A stretch of DNA of 64,000 nucleotides from contig MU055574.1 of NCBI GenBank assembly GCA_013239625.1, positions 26,197,373 through 26,261,372 of the forward strand, given 5' to 3'. Within the stretch, counting starts at the first letter, position 1, and every line of letters starts with the position of its first letter. A program made the translations under genes and the position numbers. This document shows, in pieces, positions 37,499 through 49,807 of the stretch. Origin of the DNA: Lama guanicoe (taxonomy: Eukaryota). Under the pieces are notes generated by a model. The model was not told where the DNA came from, searched no databases, and saw only the letters and a program-made list of their open reading frames with translations.

Positions 37499-40400
37499 CT
37501 GTTGTACAAATGCACGCATACACACACACACATAACATGCCGTACTGTTATCGTATAAAACACGCACGTGCGTGTATGAGATGTAAGCACTGTCAGGCAA
37601 CTTGTCACTTAAATAAATAGATCTGGGCATCTACATACTTCTGTGCAAACATAGCTTTCCCTTCATTTTTAAGGACTTACAGAATTTTGCTATCCTGTAT
37701 TTTATTTATCCAATTTATTCAACTTAGAACCTTTAGGTTTCTAAATGTTTTTGTTGTTATTTCAAAAAAAATCTGCAATAAACATCTTTGTGCAAAGAGG
37801 CTGGGACAAGAAGCAAAAGCGTCAATAATTTGCACAATTTTGACATACTGCCAGTTAACCTCCCAAAGTGGGCAGGCTTACCCTGCAAGGCCAGTGGGCG
37901 CAGCTGCTTCCCTCCTCGCAGGCTCGCTGTGAGCACTGGTGTGTCTTCTGCCCCGGCCCCCCCAGCTCTCACATGGGGGCAAGGATACAGCTTTGCGGGG
38001 AGACAGCCAGGCTATGTTTAGCACATGTTTAGCACAGTGTCTGGGCTGACTGGAAAGAATTAAAAAAGAATAAAAAGAATTCCTGAGGTCACTTCTCAGG
38101 GCCGACACTCCAGTTGGAGGACGTGAGAGACGATGGAGTCAGCAGGCTGCTGCGAGATGCTGTTTGCTTCTCTGCAGATACAGCTGTCGGGACCAGGAGC
38201 TATTTTGTCCCAGATATAAAAGAGGTTGGTATTGTTTTAGCTCAGGCAGAAGTGGGAAGGCACAGCCCCTTGTCCATCTTCTCCAAGGAGCCCAGCTGTT
38301 TAGGGGGGACCACCAGCTGGCCTGTGCGGGGTCCATCCTTACAGGACAATAGCCCCAGGGCCCGTTTTCCAGGTCAGCCCAGGTAAGCCCCTTCCAAGCT
38401 GAGAGGAGGCTGCCCTGGCAGGTTGCTTCAACTGGGTTGAGTTTCCAGCTCAAGTAGAAAAATTTTTTTAATGGGAGAGTTTGTAAAAAACTTGTTCCAA
38501 CACGGACGCCCAGTGCCCCCACAGATCTGCTCTGTCCCCGTGGAGAGTGCTCTGGTGCCCCCAGAGCGGAGGTGAGTGGTGGCCAGGGCCTTGATGTGAG
38601 ACATGCCAGTGGGGTCACACCAGTGACCTGGGCCGTCTCTCCTTGGGCTCCAGCCAACGTCACAGAAGCTGGCAAGCCACGTGTGGCCTCACGTGGGACA
38701 GACCTAGTGCGCCCTGAGCCGTGGCTGGGCCGGGGCTGAGTGTGACAGACGTCTCCTGCCCACAGGTGTCGGGCGAAGAAACACCGGGACTTCTCTGGGA
38801 TTCCACGCCCCTCAGCGCAGTGACAGCAGAAACCTTGACTTTCCCGCAGGACTCGATGACCTCAGGACACAGGACACGGCAGTGTATTCTCAGCCACACG
38901 AGGCAGCAGGTTGCCAGGTTTCTAACGTACTTTTGGAGGCTTTGGCGGCTCCACTGCTGTTCCGTGGGTTTTCTCTTATGAGTGGTTTCCCTGGCGAAGG
39001 GGTGATTGGTCTGTGTTCAGTCAGCACCCCTGAAGGGGAACCCGGGCAGCTCCCAGGGGCCCCAGGGGCAGGCTCGCCGAGGTGCGCCCGGGCTGGGAAG
39101 CCACCCGCGTCCCCTCCGGTCCCCGGCTCAGGCCTTTTCAGCTGTCTGCCCCTGGACGTTCCGCTGCAGTTTTTCCAATAGAGTTTTAAATTCATAGGAG
39201 AACTGACCTGGAAAGGATCTTAGAAACCATGGAAACGGTGCCTTCATTTTCCAGGTGAGGAACTTGAAATCCTGTGAGGTTAAACGAGGCTAAAGCAGAC
39301 CCTACCCCGTGGAACTGCACAACGGTTGGGGAAATTTTGAAGGGATGGACAGGGTGGACAGGGAATTAGGGGAGACTTGTAAAGAGCTGGTTCTGGAAGA
39401 TGGTGGAAGTTTCTCAGAGAGCGAGAAAAGACATTCCAGGTGGAGGAAAACCATGGCTACCTGCCCAGAGGTGGGCATCAAAGTCTCCTGGGGCCCCAGC
39501 AAAGAGACCATGGGGAAGGGCGATGGTGGATGCAGTGGCAGGCAGGCTGCAGCCACGTTGTGACTCGCAGGTGTGCCATGCTTGGAGGTGTGATGTCTTT
39601 AGTGTCCAGATGTCTTAGCCAGGTGCATGGTGAGTCCTTGGGTTCATGACAAGGTCATCACGGTCAGCCCTTAAGATCCCAGAGACTTCGTCACCTTGGT
39701 CATTGTCCCTGTCAAAGGGCTGTCTGGATTAGATGAATTCAAGGAAGATGTCCGTCAAGAGCCCTTAGTTTTACTTGCATGTGTTCCAGGTGTAAGCACT
39801 TCTGTGTTAAGTCTCAGTTTCTCAGCTGTCACGTGGCAGCTCTTGGGGAAATGCACTGTGCTGTCCATGAGCCTGCCTTGAGTTACTGAAAACATATCGA
39901 GCTGGTAGCAGAAAGTCCACATTGCAGTGTGGACACTGGTAGGCGAGTGTCTATAAACGCTTGCTTTCCAAATCTCATTCCTAGACCTGAACGGTCTCCG
40001 GTCGTGGCCCCCACGAATGTGGAGTTAGCCTGCACGAGGACAAGATCCTGGGACACAGTTTTTATTCCAGGGTGAACATTTTACAAAGTGAAATGGTTAC
40101 TTCCTGAAACACACCCTGGGCGTAATTTCAGCGTTACTCACTCAGCAGGCAGCTTCTGGCACTTGGGCAAACGCGGTCACCTCTTCTGTCGTGACTGCGC
40201 TCTTCTAGACATTGCAGGAAGTCCACAACCTGACGCCCTTTCAGAGCTGAGCCCGTTCCAGAGAAAGCGCTGGTCCTTGCTGGTGGGTCCCTTTGCTTTA
40301 AGCGTGTAAACCATGGCTCCTTCCAGGTCAGTCCCCCTGCCTCAGAAAGGCAGGCGACTCTGCGTTACTCACCCTTCTCACCCGTCCTCTGCATCCCGGA

Positions 40401-41250
40401 GACTGAAGCCTGCAGCTTTCCCGTGTCGCACTGCTCGCCTCTCCTTCATGCGTTTGTGCTGATTGGCATTTAGCAAGTCACAGCACCCGGTGGCTCCCAG
40501 CTCTCCCTGGGGGAGGGTCCGGCCCCGCAGGGATGTGGGGATGCAGGTCACGGGTCCCCCTCACTCCCAGCGTGCTTTCTGCTCCACGGACCTGCCCCTG
40601 TTCTGGTCAAGGTGCCTCTCAGTCCTTGACCAATAAAGAAGGAAGCCGAGAGGGTGTCAGCAGCATTGCACGTTGTAATTATGTAGAATAAAGCTGGAAG
40701 GAGACACCAAGAAAGGCCTCTTAGAGCAGGTAACGGGAGGCATTTAAGGAAATACGTGCCTCTGGCTGCGGGAGCCTGATGAGGGGAGGTGAAGTGTTGG
40801 GTTCCTAAATCAACAGCGGTCCCCCAGGCACCCTTCAGTCTGGTTAAGATGCTACCAGGCTCATCACCGTACGGTCTCTCCTGTCGGCGTGACATCACAG
40901 CCACGTAAGCGCAGGCTTGTTCATTTCACCCCCTGACCCCCCCATCTCCTCTAGGAAATAACTCGCAAACTCATGAAACACCACAGGCTGAAACGCCCTG
41001 CGTCACGTTGCAAGTGGAAGGACTTGTACCAGTTCAGCCGTCCGACCTCAGCACAGCCCTGCGGCCGGAGGGGAATGGCAGGGCGCCCAGAAGAGACCCC
41101 AGGGGCCTTCCTCAGACGGACTAGAGCAGCCCCGCCTCCCCCAGCGCAGACGGGCCTGGCCGCAGTGGGACCAGGACGGGTTCCCAGTGCTGGACGTCAG
41201 AGGGGCCACGGCAAACCCAATGCCGGTCCTTCTGAAAGGGGTGCTTTTAC

Positions 41251-41363
41251 CTGAAGGAAAAAATTAATTGGCATCACCATGTGACAAGAGTCAGCTGCCG
41301 GGCAAGATGCAAAGTGATGCAGTGACTGCGTTGTCTCTTGCATCTGGTTAACCCGACAGTGTC
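41251..41363 (-). pseudogene. Exon, 113 bp, phase 1->0, open: (G)HCRVNQMQETTQSLHHFASCPAADSCHMVMPINFFLQ
   Basis: Acceptor ctgctttgtag| and donor cag|gtaaaa; phase matches the 41528 donor. Confidence 0.6.
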
Positions 41364-41527
41364 CTACAAAGCAGCCGACCCTCTCCCATCACAGCTGAAG
41401 TGGGGGTGGACACTCCCGGCTTCCTTAGTCCGCGCGTGAGGCCTGGCCGGCCAGACAGCGAGTTCTGTGGGTACACACAGTGTCTGCCTTCTCCCCTGAC
41501 ACTGTCGATAACGCCCAGCTGGCTCAC

Positions 41528-42153
41528 CTGGGACCACGCCAGGCAGGGCCCTGTTCTCAGACCTGAGCCGTGGGAGACCCGTCTGCAGACGGGTCCCCTT
41601 TCGAGTGATGCTGGTTGAAAAGCCAGCGCCTTCTGCTCTGAAGATGTCTTTCAGCTGCAAATGTTTTCATCATCAGAGGCATTTCATCTCAATAGCCAGT
41701 AATTCAAAACATTACCAGTGACATTTTTTCCGACTCCACATACGAGTGATGTCATGTGGCATTTTTCTTTCTCTTTCTAGCTTACTTCACTTAGTATGAC
41801 GATCTCCAGGTCCACCCAAATAATGACACAAATGAACTTGCTTACAAACCAGAAACAGACTCACCGACGTAGAAAACAAACCTGTGGTCACCGGGGGAAA
41901 AGGGGTGGGATGGACACACTGCTGTATGTAGAACAGACGAACGAGCAGGTCCTCCTGTGCAGCACAGGGGCCTGAGTTGGCGCCTTGTGACAGCCTAGAG
42001 TGGGAAAGAACAGGGAAAGGAGGGCACGTGTACAGCTGAGCCACTGTGCTGTGTGCCGGAAAGCAGCACAGCATTGTAAACCGACTGGCTTTGATAAAAA
42101 GGAAAAAGAAGAGAGAAACAAATAAAAAATGAAAAATGACCAGTGAAATGAAC
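41528..42153 (-). pseudogene. Exon interrupted by the L1 at 41725-42135: VHFTGNVLNYWLLR*...RALPGVVP(G)
   Basis: Donor cag|gtgagc. Removing the L1 and one TSD restores a continuous frame from cag| at 42154, though that acceptor is G-rich and weak. Confidence 0.5.
41725..42135 (+). mobile_element. 5'-truncated, 5'-inverted lineage-specific L1 with target-site duplication
   Basis: Antisense piece 41725 to about 41818, sense 3' end about 41819-42135 with A-rich tail. TSD ATTACCAGTGACAT (41711-41724) vs ATGACCAGTGAAAT (42136-42149), 12/14 match. Confidence 0.85.
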
Positions 42154-42817
42154 CTGCCCCCCCCACCTGTTACCCGCTCCCCCCCTGCTCTGAGTGCTTG
42201 GGCTGAGGGCCCTGGGATGGAAAGACCCCAGCTTGGAGAGACAGACGGATGGACACGGACCCGAGTTTAAAGCCCAGCAGCCCTCGGCACGTCCTACACT
42301 CGAGCCGTCTGAGCTGAGTCTCAGCCTGTCTGTGCACAGAGAGAGGGTGGTCTCTCTGCTTTCAGGGGTCTGAGGGCTCAGAGGAGGGTCCGGGAAGCAC
42401 CGAGCAGCAGCAGGTGGGCACTCCTGTCCCTGGGCAGTGAGGATGGACGTACCCAAGCCCTGGTACCGGGCAGATGTGGGGACTCCAGCCGCAGGAGGGG
42501 CACGTGGGGGTGCTCTGGGCCCGGGTCCTGGGACACGCATCTGCTCCCGGCTGGGGGTGTGGGTCCCCTCGGCCCTACTCACAGGCCGGCTCAGACGTCC
42601 CCCACCTAGCTCCTCATGTCCCCCTCCGACTCCTGCCCTCTCGTCCCTCCCAGCCTACCTTGGACATTCTCCACCTTGCTCAGCCCGATGCACTCCCTCA
42701 GACAGTCTCCATTTCATGCGCCCCATTCGCACCCTCACACTCTGCCTCAGACATCCTCCCACCGCTGTGCTACCTCGATGTTTTCCGTCTTGTTCCCCCT
42801 CAGCTTCTGCCTCTCAC

Positions 42818-43321
42818 TGTTACCGAGTCCAAACGTGTCTGCTCGCCACGCGACAGGCCAATTGAATGAGAGACGAGGTGCAGGGGAAGGAAGAACGACT
42901 TTATTCGGAAGGACCGCAGGCTGAGAAGATGGGGGACTCATGTCCTGGAGAACCATCCTCCCCAAGGCACAGTTCAGGCTCCTGAAAGGGGAGGGCTGTG
43001 CCTGGTTGCTGCAAACCTCCTGGTGTGGGAATCCTTTGTTCCTGCAGCTGTCCCCGTGGGCCAGGCCGTGATGTTCCTGTGAACCTCCAACAAGGCAATG
43101 CCGTTCTCTGTCCTGCACCCTCTTATCTGTATGAGTGGAGACGTGTCCTACCCTTAAGGGTCAGAGCCTGGAGAGCGGGCTCCCCCGTCCATGTCAGGCT
43201 CCAGGCGACATTCTTCTGCAGAAGGTGCAGAACCAGCGGGACCCAGCCCAGGACGCAGAGCCCGGCGTTGGAGCTAAAGGCACAGCTCTCGCGTGGAGTC
43301 GGTCTGCTCTTCCCTGTGACG
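42818..43321 (-). mobile_element. ERV solo LTR, copy 1
   Basis: About 500 bp, starts TGTT; actttatt is AATAAA on the minus strand; highly similar to 48093-48597. Confidence 0.85.
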
Positions 43322-43575
43322 ATGTGTTCCCCGTCTTGTTTCTTCCCAAGCCCCACCTCAGCTGCTCCCCGTCCTGTCCCCCTCACGCCTGACCTCAGAT
43401 TGTCTTTAGCGTGTTTCCCCTCACCTTTACCCCAGGCGTTCCCCACCCTCCTACCCCTCACAATGCACGCCAGCCGCCCCCCGTCGTGTGCCCGTCAAGA
43501 CCGCCCTCAGCGCCCCCCCGCCCCGCGCGGGGCCCCCGTCGGGGACCCTGCCTCCTGCGCCGGCTCCGCCCCCAC

Positions 43576-43846
43576 CTCTGCGCTGAGACCGCGGCGCTGC
43601 CGGCTTAGTTCTGTGAAGCGCGGCCTCGCTGCGTGTCTCCGTGCAGGCTGCCTCCTGCGCTGCCTCCTGCGCCGGCTACTTCCCCGCTGTGAACTTCGGC
43701 GCCTCAAGTGAAGGGCGTGTCAATGAGCTCAGTAATCGTGAGGAATCGTTTTTATCTTCAAGATATTTTCAAAGATCCCTTTGAGTCCTGTCACCTCAAC
43801 TCGTCCGAAGCCTGGTGACTCCACTTCAGGTTTCCCATCGATGTTA
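43576..43846 (-). pseudogene. Exon, phase 2->0: (S)NIDGKPEVESPGFGRVEVTGLKGIFENILKIKTIPHDY*...
   Basis: Acceptor ctcacgttttag| and donor gag|gtgggg; in phase with the 44137 exon. Confidence 0.55.
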
Positions 43847-44136
43847 CTAAAACGTGAGTGAGGAGGGTCTCTGTTACTCAGGCCACGCGCAGCGCAGGTC
43901 CAGTGTCCCTCAGGCACACACGTGCTGTCCTGCGTCGCGGCCTGTCCCCCTGACGTGTGTCCCCCGTGCCTCGTGGTGAGGACTCCAGGGGTATGAACTC
44001 AGAGCAGCCCGCCTTCCCAGGTGGGCGCGGTGACCTGTGTGCATTGCAACCCAATAGAGGTTTTTTCAAACACCTTAAATCCGTCAGCCAAGACGTAAAC
44101 TTTGCGTGCGTGCGGGAAGTATGTTAAGTGCTCTAC

Positions 44137-44320
44137 CTAAAATCTCCCTTCAAACGACAATAGAAGAAAGAGACGAGGGTATGACCCCAGCGGGCAGCCC
44201 TGTTCTTCGCGTCTCCCGATCGTTCCCACAGAGACGTCAGCCCCGCACAGTGACTCCTGCTGGCTACCGCCCCGCACTCTCAGGAGCGAGGTGTGATCAC
44301 AGCTGGTGGCCTCGCGCCGC
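44137..44320 (-). pseudogene. Exon, 184 bp, phase 1->2: ...GDAKNRAARWGHTLVSFFYCRLKGDF
   Basis: Acceptor tttccggttcag| and donor tag|gtagag; one internal TGA. Confidence 0.55.
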
Positions 44321-45511
44321 CTGAACCGGAAACCTGCGCTCGCCCGGGCTGAACGGCTCAGCCCTGGGCGCAGCTGCGACACAGGCACTCCGCCCGCCGT
44401 GCGAGGTGGGGCGGCTCCTTCAGGTGCTGCGTCCTTGGCTGAGGCCACAGGCCTAGCGAGGGCACCCTGCTTCCACCCGCTTTGTTTTAGCCCTTTCAGT
44501 CCTCTTCTAAGTAAAAGTAGGCCATGCTTAGTACTTCCAGGTTCAGTTCACTGGGGCACACCCCATGGACTTTAGGGCTGACATGTCCCTTCGCCCTGCG
44601 ACCAAGCGCAGCGCTGAACACAGCTGAACGAGGTGGCCCTGGCCTGCAGCTCGTCAAGTGTCAAGTTGGCTTCAAGTGCTGGTGCCCATTCAGGGGCACG
44701 TTAATGCGAGTGTCCTGCTCAGTGCCCTGTGACAGGACCGTCCTCCGTCTGCCAGGAGCCGTCCCGCCCCACACTCCCGGGGGTGCGAGGACGCTGCTGT
44801 CCCCTCGGGCTGGGTCCCTGGAGCGGGAGCAGGCGGTCCATGACCTAGAGGACCGCGCAGCGCTGGCCCGGGCGAGCCCGGTGCCCCGGGCACTGTCCAG
44901 CGGCGGGGAAGCGACCAGGCTGCGATCAGGAGACGTTCTGGGTAAACTATTCAGGAGATCTCAGAAGAAAGGGCCTGGAATTTCCACAGCTCCCGCGATT
45001 TGTATAACTATTTCCTCTCTCCAAAAACAAATTTACTTTGTTCCAGTGTTTGTACAATTGCATTCCCCTAATTTTACAGGATTTTCACTGGGCAAAGTCC
45101 CCCAGCCTCCAGGGACATGCGGGGAAAGGCGGTGTGCAGGGTTCAGCTCTAGGGTTCTGAAGTACTCCTGGTGTCTCCCCTGCACTCAGACCCAGGCGAG
45201 AACGGGCGAGGGCCCAGGACTCCTCTCCCCGGGAGCCGGCCCTCCTTCGCCACGCTGGCCGAGAGGGGCCCTGGGTCTGCCAGCTCGACGCCACCTGAGC
45301 AGCCGTCCCTGATTCGCGTGGGCGTGCCGGTTTGCGCTGTCTGAGCTGCCCTGGGTCCCCATCTAACCTGCCGGCTCCCGAGATCAGCCCTCCTCCGCGG
45401 GGGGGCACTGCCCTGTCCCAGAAGCTGTTTGGAGTGTAGGCTCATCTCCGGTGGTGACACTGATTGCAGGTCACTGTAGTCATGTGATGGGAGTGGATTA
45501 TGGATGCTAAA

Positions 45512-45845
45512 TGCTACAGACTGAATGTCTGTGTCGTCCTAAAATCTTGTGTTAAAATCCTAACCCCCAATCCGATGGTGTTAGGAGGTGGGACCTTTGG
45601 GAGGTGATTGGGTCATTAGGGTGGAGCCCCCTTGAATGGGATTGGCGCTTTGACAAATGGGGCCCAGAGGATCCCACCCCTTCCTCCACGTGGGGACACA
45701 GGGAGAAGACAGCGTCTGTGAACCAGGAAGCAGGCTGTCACCAGACACTGGGTCTGCAGGCACCTGGATCTTGGACGTCCAGCCCCGGGACTGAGAGGCC
45801 CCCCGTGTGTGTGCTCTGGTACAGCAGCCCCAGCAGATCCAAGCA
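45512..45845 (+). mobile_element. MLT1A-type solo LTR, near full length
   Basis: tgctacagactgaatgtctgtgtc...ggaggtgggacctttgggaggtgattgggtca...tggtacagcagcccc. Confidence 0.85.
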
Positions 45846-46244
45846 GTAACGTTCTACGAGGGGGCCCCCAAATGCCCGCACGCCCCCTCACCGCTGGGAG
45901 ACTCCAGAATGCACGTTAGGAAGCAGGACGTTCTTGAAGGACGTCTCCGCCGCCACACACGTGGAGACTAAGGGCCTGCACCTTGTCATGTGAGGACCGG
46001 TGGGCTGAAGGCAGGGACGCTGCTTCCCCCAGTGCTGCTGACACAGACCCTCAAGACGGCCCGTCCGCTGTCGGTGGTGCGGAGAGCCGTCCCCATTGGC
46101 TCTGAAGCTTTAGCTGTGACTGGGGCTCCTCGGTGGCCAGAGGGACACTGCCCGCATTCTCGCCATGTCACCAACTCTGATTTAGAAGGTTGGCCGTGGT
46201 GCTGTCAGCCCGCAGCCTTCACGGGGAAGAACAGATGTGCTCGT

Positions 46245-46272
46245 GCGTGTGTGTGTGTGTGTGTGTGTGCGT
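46245..46272 (+). repeat. (TG)n microsatellite
   Basis: Directly visible. Confidence 0.9.
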
Positions 46273-47164
46273 GCGACCAAATCACTTTGCTGTTCGCCTG
46301 AAATGAATGCAACACTGCAAATTTAATAAAAAATTAAATTGCACATCATTTGATGAATAAAAATGGACCAATTTTAATTAAAACATTTAGCTTTTTAAAA
46401 CTATTTGAATTATGTCTGTTCAGCCACGTTAGCATAGCTTTCTCCCTATATTTCCCTTGCCGATTGTCACAAGCCCGTCGGACGTTACAACCTGGGACAC
46501 GATTCTGGAGAACAAGCAGCAAAGGTGTCGATAAGTAACAGTGACATTTATCGAGCAGCTGCCAAGCATCAAGCATCCTCCTAGGTGTCAACTCGCACAT
46601 TTCCGTGGTGACTCTGTCATGCAGGTACTATTATCATGCCCACCTTCCTGATGTAGAAACGGAGGCACAGACGGTGCACCCAACTCGGCAGGTGGAAGCA
46701 AGCCGTCAGTGTCGCACCCTCGTCTCCTCCGTTAAATGTGGGGAATCCGCAACCCAAACAGGCTGCCCTGGGACCGTGTCTGTCCTCCCAGTGCTGGGCG
46801 TCTGGGGTCTGGCAGGTGCCCGGGACCCAAACTGCGGGAGCAGTGGTTTAGCTGGAGGAGGATGGTTCGCTGGCACGAACTGCACGTGTTCTTTAGAGCT
46901 TGTAAAAAAACGTATAAAAAATATGACCCAGAAAGTTAATAGAAGAGTGTGTTTTGAGAGCCGAGGCAGCCGTAAGTACCTCTGCTGGGTGGAGGCTAAA
47001 GAGAACTTGGCATTTGGAGGGTCTGCCTTATTTTCTCAGACCTCGGGGAGGGAAACCCCACCCTCGACTGTCTCTCCCCCGGTCAGTTGCCTCCATCACC
47101 TTGTCTGCTGATGGCCAGAAGGTTCCGGATCAATGTCAGCCTTTATCTGGGTTAATGTGAAAGT

Positions 47165-47470
47165 GTTGGCATCTCGGGCTGTGCCTCTCCGCGAAACTTT
47201 AGAATCAGGTTGCCAGTTTCTGTGACCCCCCCACGGGAATTTCGGGTGGGACCGCAGTGAGTTCACAGGTGGAGCGGGAGGAGGTGCCCTCCGGTCTTCC
47301 CCTGCAGGGCGTTTCTTTGGGTGTCATTTGATGTCCCTCGTCAGAGTTCTGTCTCCCCCCATGGACCTCGCACACAGCTGTTACCACTGTACTTACGCAG
47401 TTTCTTTGGGGGGGCGCTAATGTGAGTGGCAGTGTGTTTTTATTTTCAGACTCCACTTGCTCATTGCTGG
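47165..47470 (-). mobile_element. Old L1 ORF2 fragment
   Basis: aactttagaatcaggttgccagtttctg...gctaatgtgagtggcagtgtgtttttattttcaga...ttgctcattgctgg. Confidence 0.6.
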
Positions 47471-47821
47471 AAGCACTGACTTTCTAACCATTATTTTCCC
47501 ACTTTCATCTCCTCCAACATTTGCTAACAAGGCCGTCAGTGCACTTGTAATTAAGGTGGTGACATGAACGAGGGGGCTAGTGATTCCCTGTGAGTATCGA
47601 ACAGTGTTTGGACAGAGTTTAACTTCCCCACGCCACCAGGACCACGTGACCGTGTCACTTCACTTCTGCTTAGTGGAGGCTGTTCATCTCTGTCATCATG
47701 TGACCAGCTCCTCCAGCCACCCTGCCAGAGGGGCCTGGCCTTGACCTCGCCTTGGGTCTGCACTGACCTCACCGTGGGGCTGTCCTCTCCTCCTTGGGTG
47801 GAGGGCACACTCCTCCCTTAC

Positions 47822-47923
47822 ACGTCATTTTTGGAAGGAAATCCTTGAAGAATGATTCCTGACACTGGGAGGACCGACAACATAATTTATGACGGATGCA
47901 AGAGTCACTCTCAGGGGTTTCGC
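47822..47923 (-). pseudogene. Exon, 102 bp (reading frame ambiguous)
   Basis: Acceptor ctctctcaccag| and donor |gtaagg; one frame is fully open. Confidence 0.5.
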
Positions 47924-48092
47924 CTGGTGAGAGAGCTGAGTCAGCTGTTTACGTCCCAGGATGCTGGAACGTTCTAGACGTGCTGTGGTGGTTTCCAGAA
48001 AGAAAGCAATTCAGCATTAAGAAATCTTTAGAGTAACTGAATGCAAGTGATGAGCTTAGTTAGCATTTTTTAATTATGTGGTGCTGTGATTA

Positions 48093-48597
48093 CGTTGTCA
48101 AGTCCAAACTCGTTCTGCTCGCTGCACGACAGGCCAGTAAATCAGGAGACGAGGTGCAGGGGAAGGAAGAGTGACTTTATTCAGAAAGCTGACAGACCAA
48201 GAAGATGGGGGACTCATGTCCTGGAGATCCGTCCTCCCCAAGGCACAGTTCAGGCTCCTGAAAGGGGAGGGCTGTGCCTGGTTGCTGCAAACTTCCTGGT
48301 GTGGGAAGCCTTTGTTCCTGCCGCTGTCCCTGTGGGCCAGGCCGAGATGTTCCTGTGAACCTCCAACAAGGCGATGCTGTTCTCTGTCCTGCACCTTTTT
48401 ATCTCTGTGAGCGGAGACGTGTCCTACCCTTAAGGGTCGGAGCCTGGAGAGCGGGCTCCCCCGTCCACGTCAGGCTCCAGGCGACATTCTTCTACAGAAG
48501 GTGCAGAACCAGCAGGACCCAGCCCAGGACGCAGAGCCCGGCATTTGGAGCCAACGGAACAGACCTAACATGGAGTCAGACGTGTTTTCCCATTATA
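48093..48597 (-). mobile_element. ERV solo LTR, copy 2 (same family and orientation)
   Basis: Long identical tracts with copy 1, e.g. ccccaaggcacagttcaggctcctgaaaggggagggctgtgcctggttgctgcaaac. Confidence 0.85.
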
Positions 48598-49299
48598 GTT
48601 GTGTGGCTCAAACACATTCTTTCTGCCCTCAAAACCCAGCCAACAGCAGCCCGCTCCGTCCCCTGATGTGCGTGCAGAGCCGGGGAATGTGCACTTTTCC
48701 TCACGGCTCCCGGCGAGTGGCTCTGGCCTCTGGTCTCTCTGGCCCTTAGCTTCTCCCCTGTGCTGTGAGGGGTGGAGGGGTGGGAGGCGAGGGCCCGCGG
48801 CACCCCCGGCAGCTGGAACGTCTCATAATTCTGTCCTCCTCCCTCAGCCGATGGGAGGCCTTTGTGTGAATCAGATAAAATGACTCTTCCTCCAGATGGT
48901 CCCTTCATCTGTCCAAAGACTAGAGAGGGGAAGGTTAGGGCGGCGGGACCTCAAACTACAGCGAGCATGTGGCCACACTCAGCCCCGCTGGGCTGCTCTC
49001 GACAAGGAGGCTGACTTCAGCTGCTGGTCCGCAGCAGGCCCGGAGGCTGGACTTCCTCCCCAGTCCGTTGCTCCCGGAGTGTTCCTGGGTGGCAGTGTGA
49101 CTGCGTTGGGAAGGCACGCGGCTCGCCGGGAGCGGCTTTCCCGGTGTAACTCCCCACAAAGCCCCTTCCCGCCTCCCAGCGTCACTGGGAGCGTGCGAGG
49201 CGCACGGAGACACCTCCGAGCTGTGGACGGGAAGGGACGTGCTTGCTTTCCTAGGCCTTCCTAGAAGGCCCAGGACACGGCTCCGAGAGCAACAGAAAC

Positions 49300-49807
49300 T
49301 ACTCGCGTAAACAACTCGCTCTCTTCGGTTTAATTCTCCCTGCAAAGAGCCAGGGCCGCGCAGAGAGGGGACCGGGCGCTGGAGGTCCCTTGACTGCGGA
49401 GTGAGGGACGCTGGGCGCTCTCCTGGATCGCGCCTGAGCTCCGACCACTCGCCCCAGAGGCGCTTGCTTTTCGGCGACGTGGGCGTGGAGTTGGTGACGG
49501 GCCCCAGGGCTGCACTCAGGGGGCGGCTCTGCAAGGGGAGCAGCCGTGCCGGCTCGTCTGCCTCGGCGGGATTTTGCCTTTCCGAGCTCCCTGGCTTCTC
49601 CTTCAACCTTTCGGAGCTTTAATTGAAAAACATTATTACTCAGCAGTTTGCTTCTTCCTCCGTGGTCTGGCTTGAAGGTGAAGAAACTCCACGTTCCTCT
49701 TTTGTTTTCCTTTTCCTGCAGCCGCGCGGCCCTGCGTCACACCACTGGAGTCGGGGTCTGGATATCGTTTATAAGCAGAAAACCTGTGCTCATCTCTTTT
49801 AGAAAAT
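49300..49807 (-). pseudogene. Exon: FLKEMSTGFLLINDIQTPTPVV*RRAARLQEKENKRGTWSFFTFKPDHGGRSKLLSNNVFQLKLRKVEGEARELGK...
   Basis: Acceptor cttggtctttag|; about 165 codons with one internal stop; 3' end uncertain. Confidence 0.55.

Noticed and set aside
42818-48597. Full-length endogenous retrovirus
   Set aside because: No gag/pol/env and no shared outer TSD; the interior contains older repeats and host-like exons.
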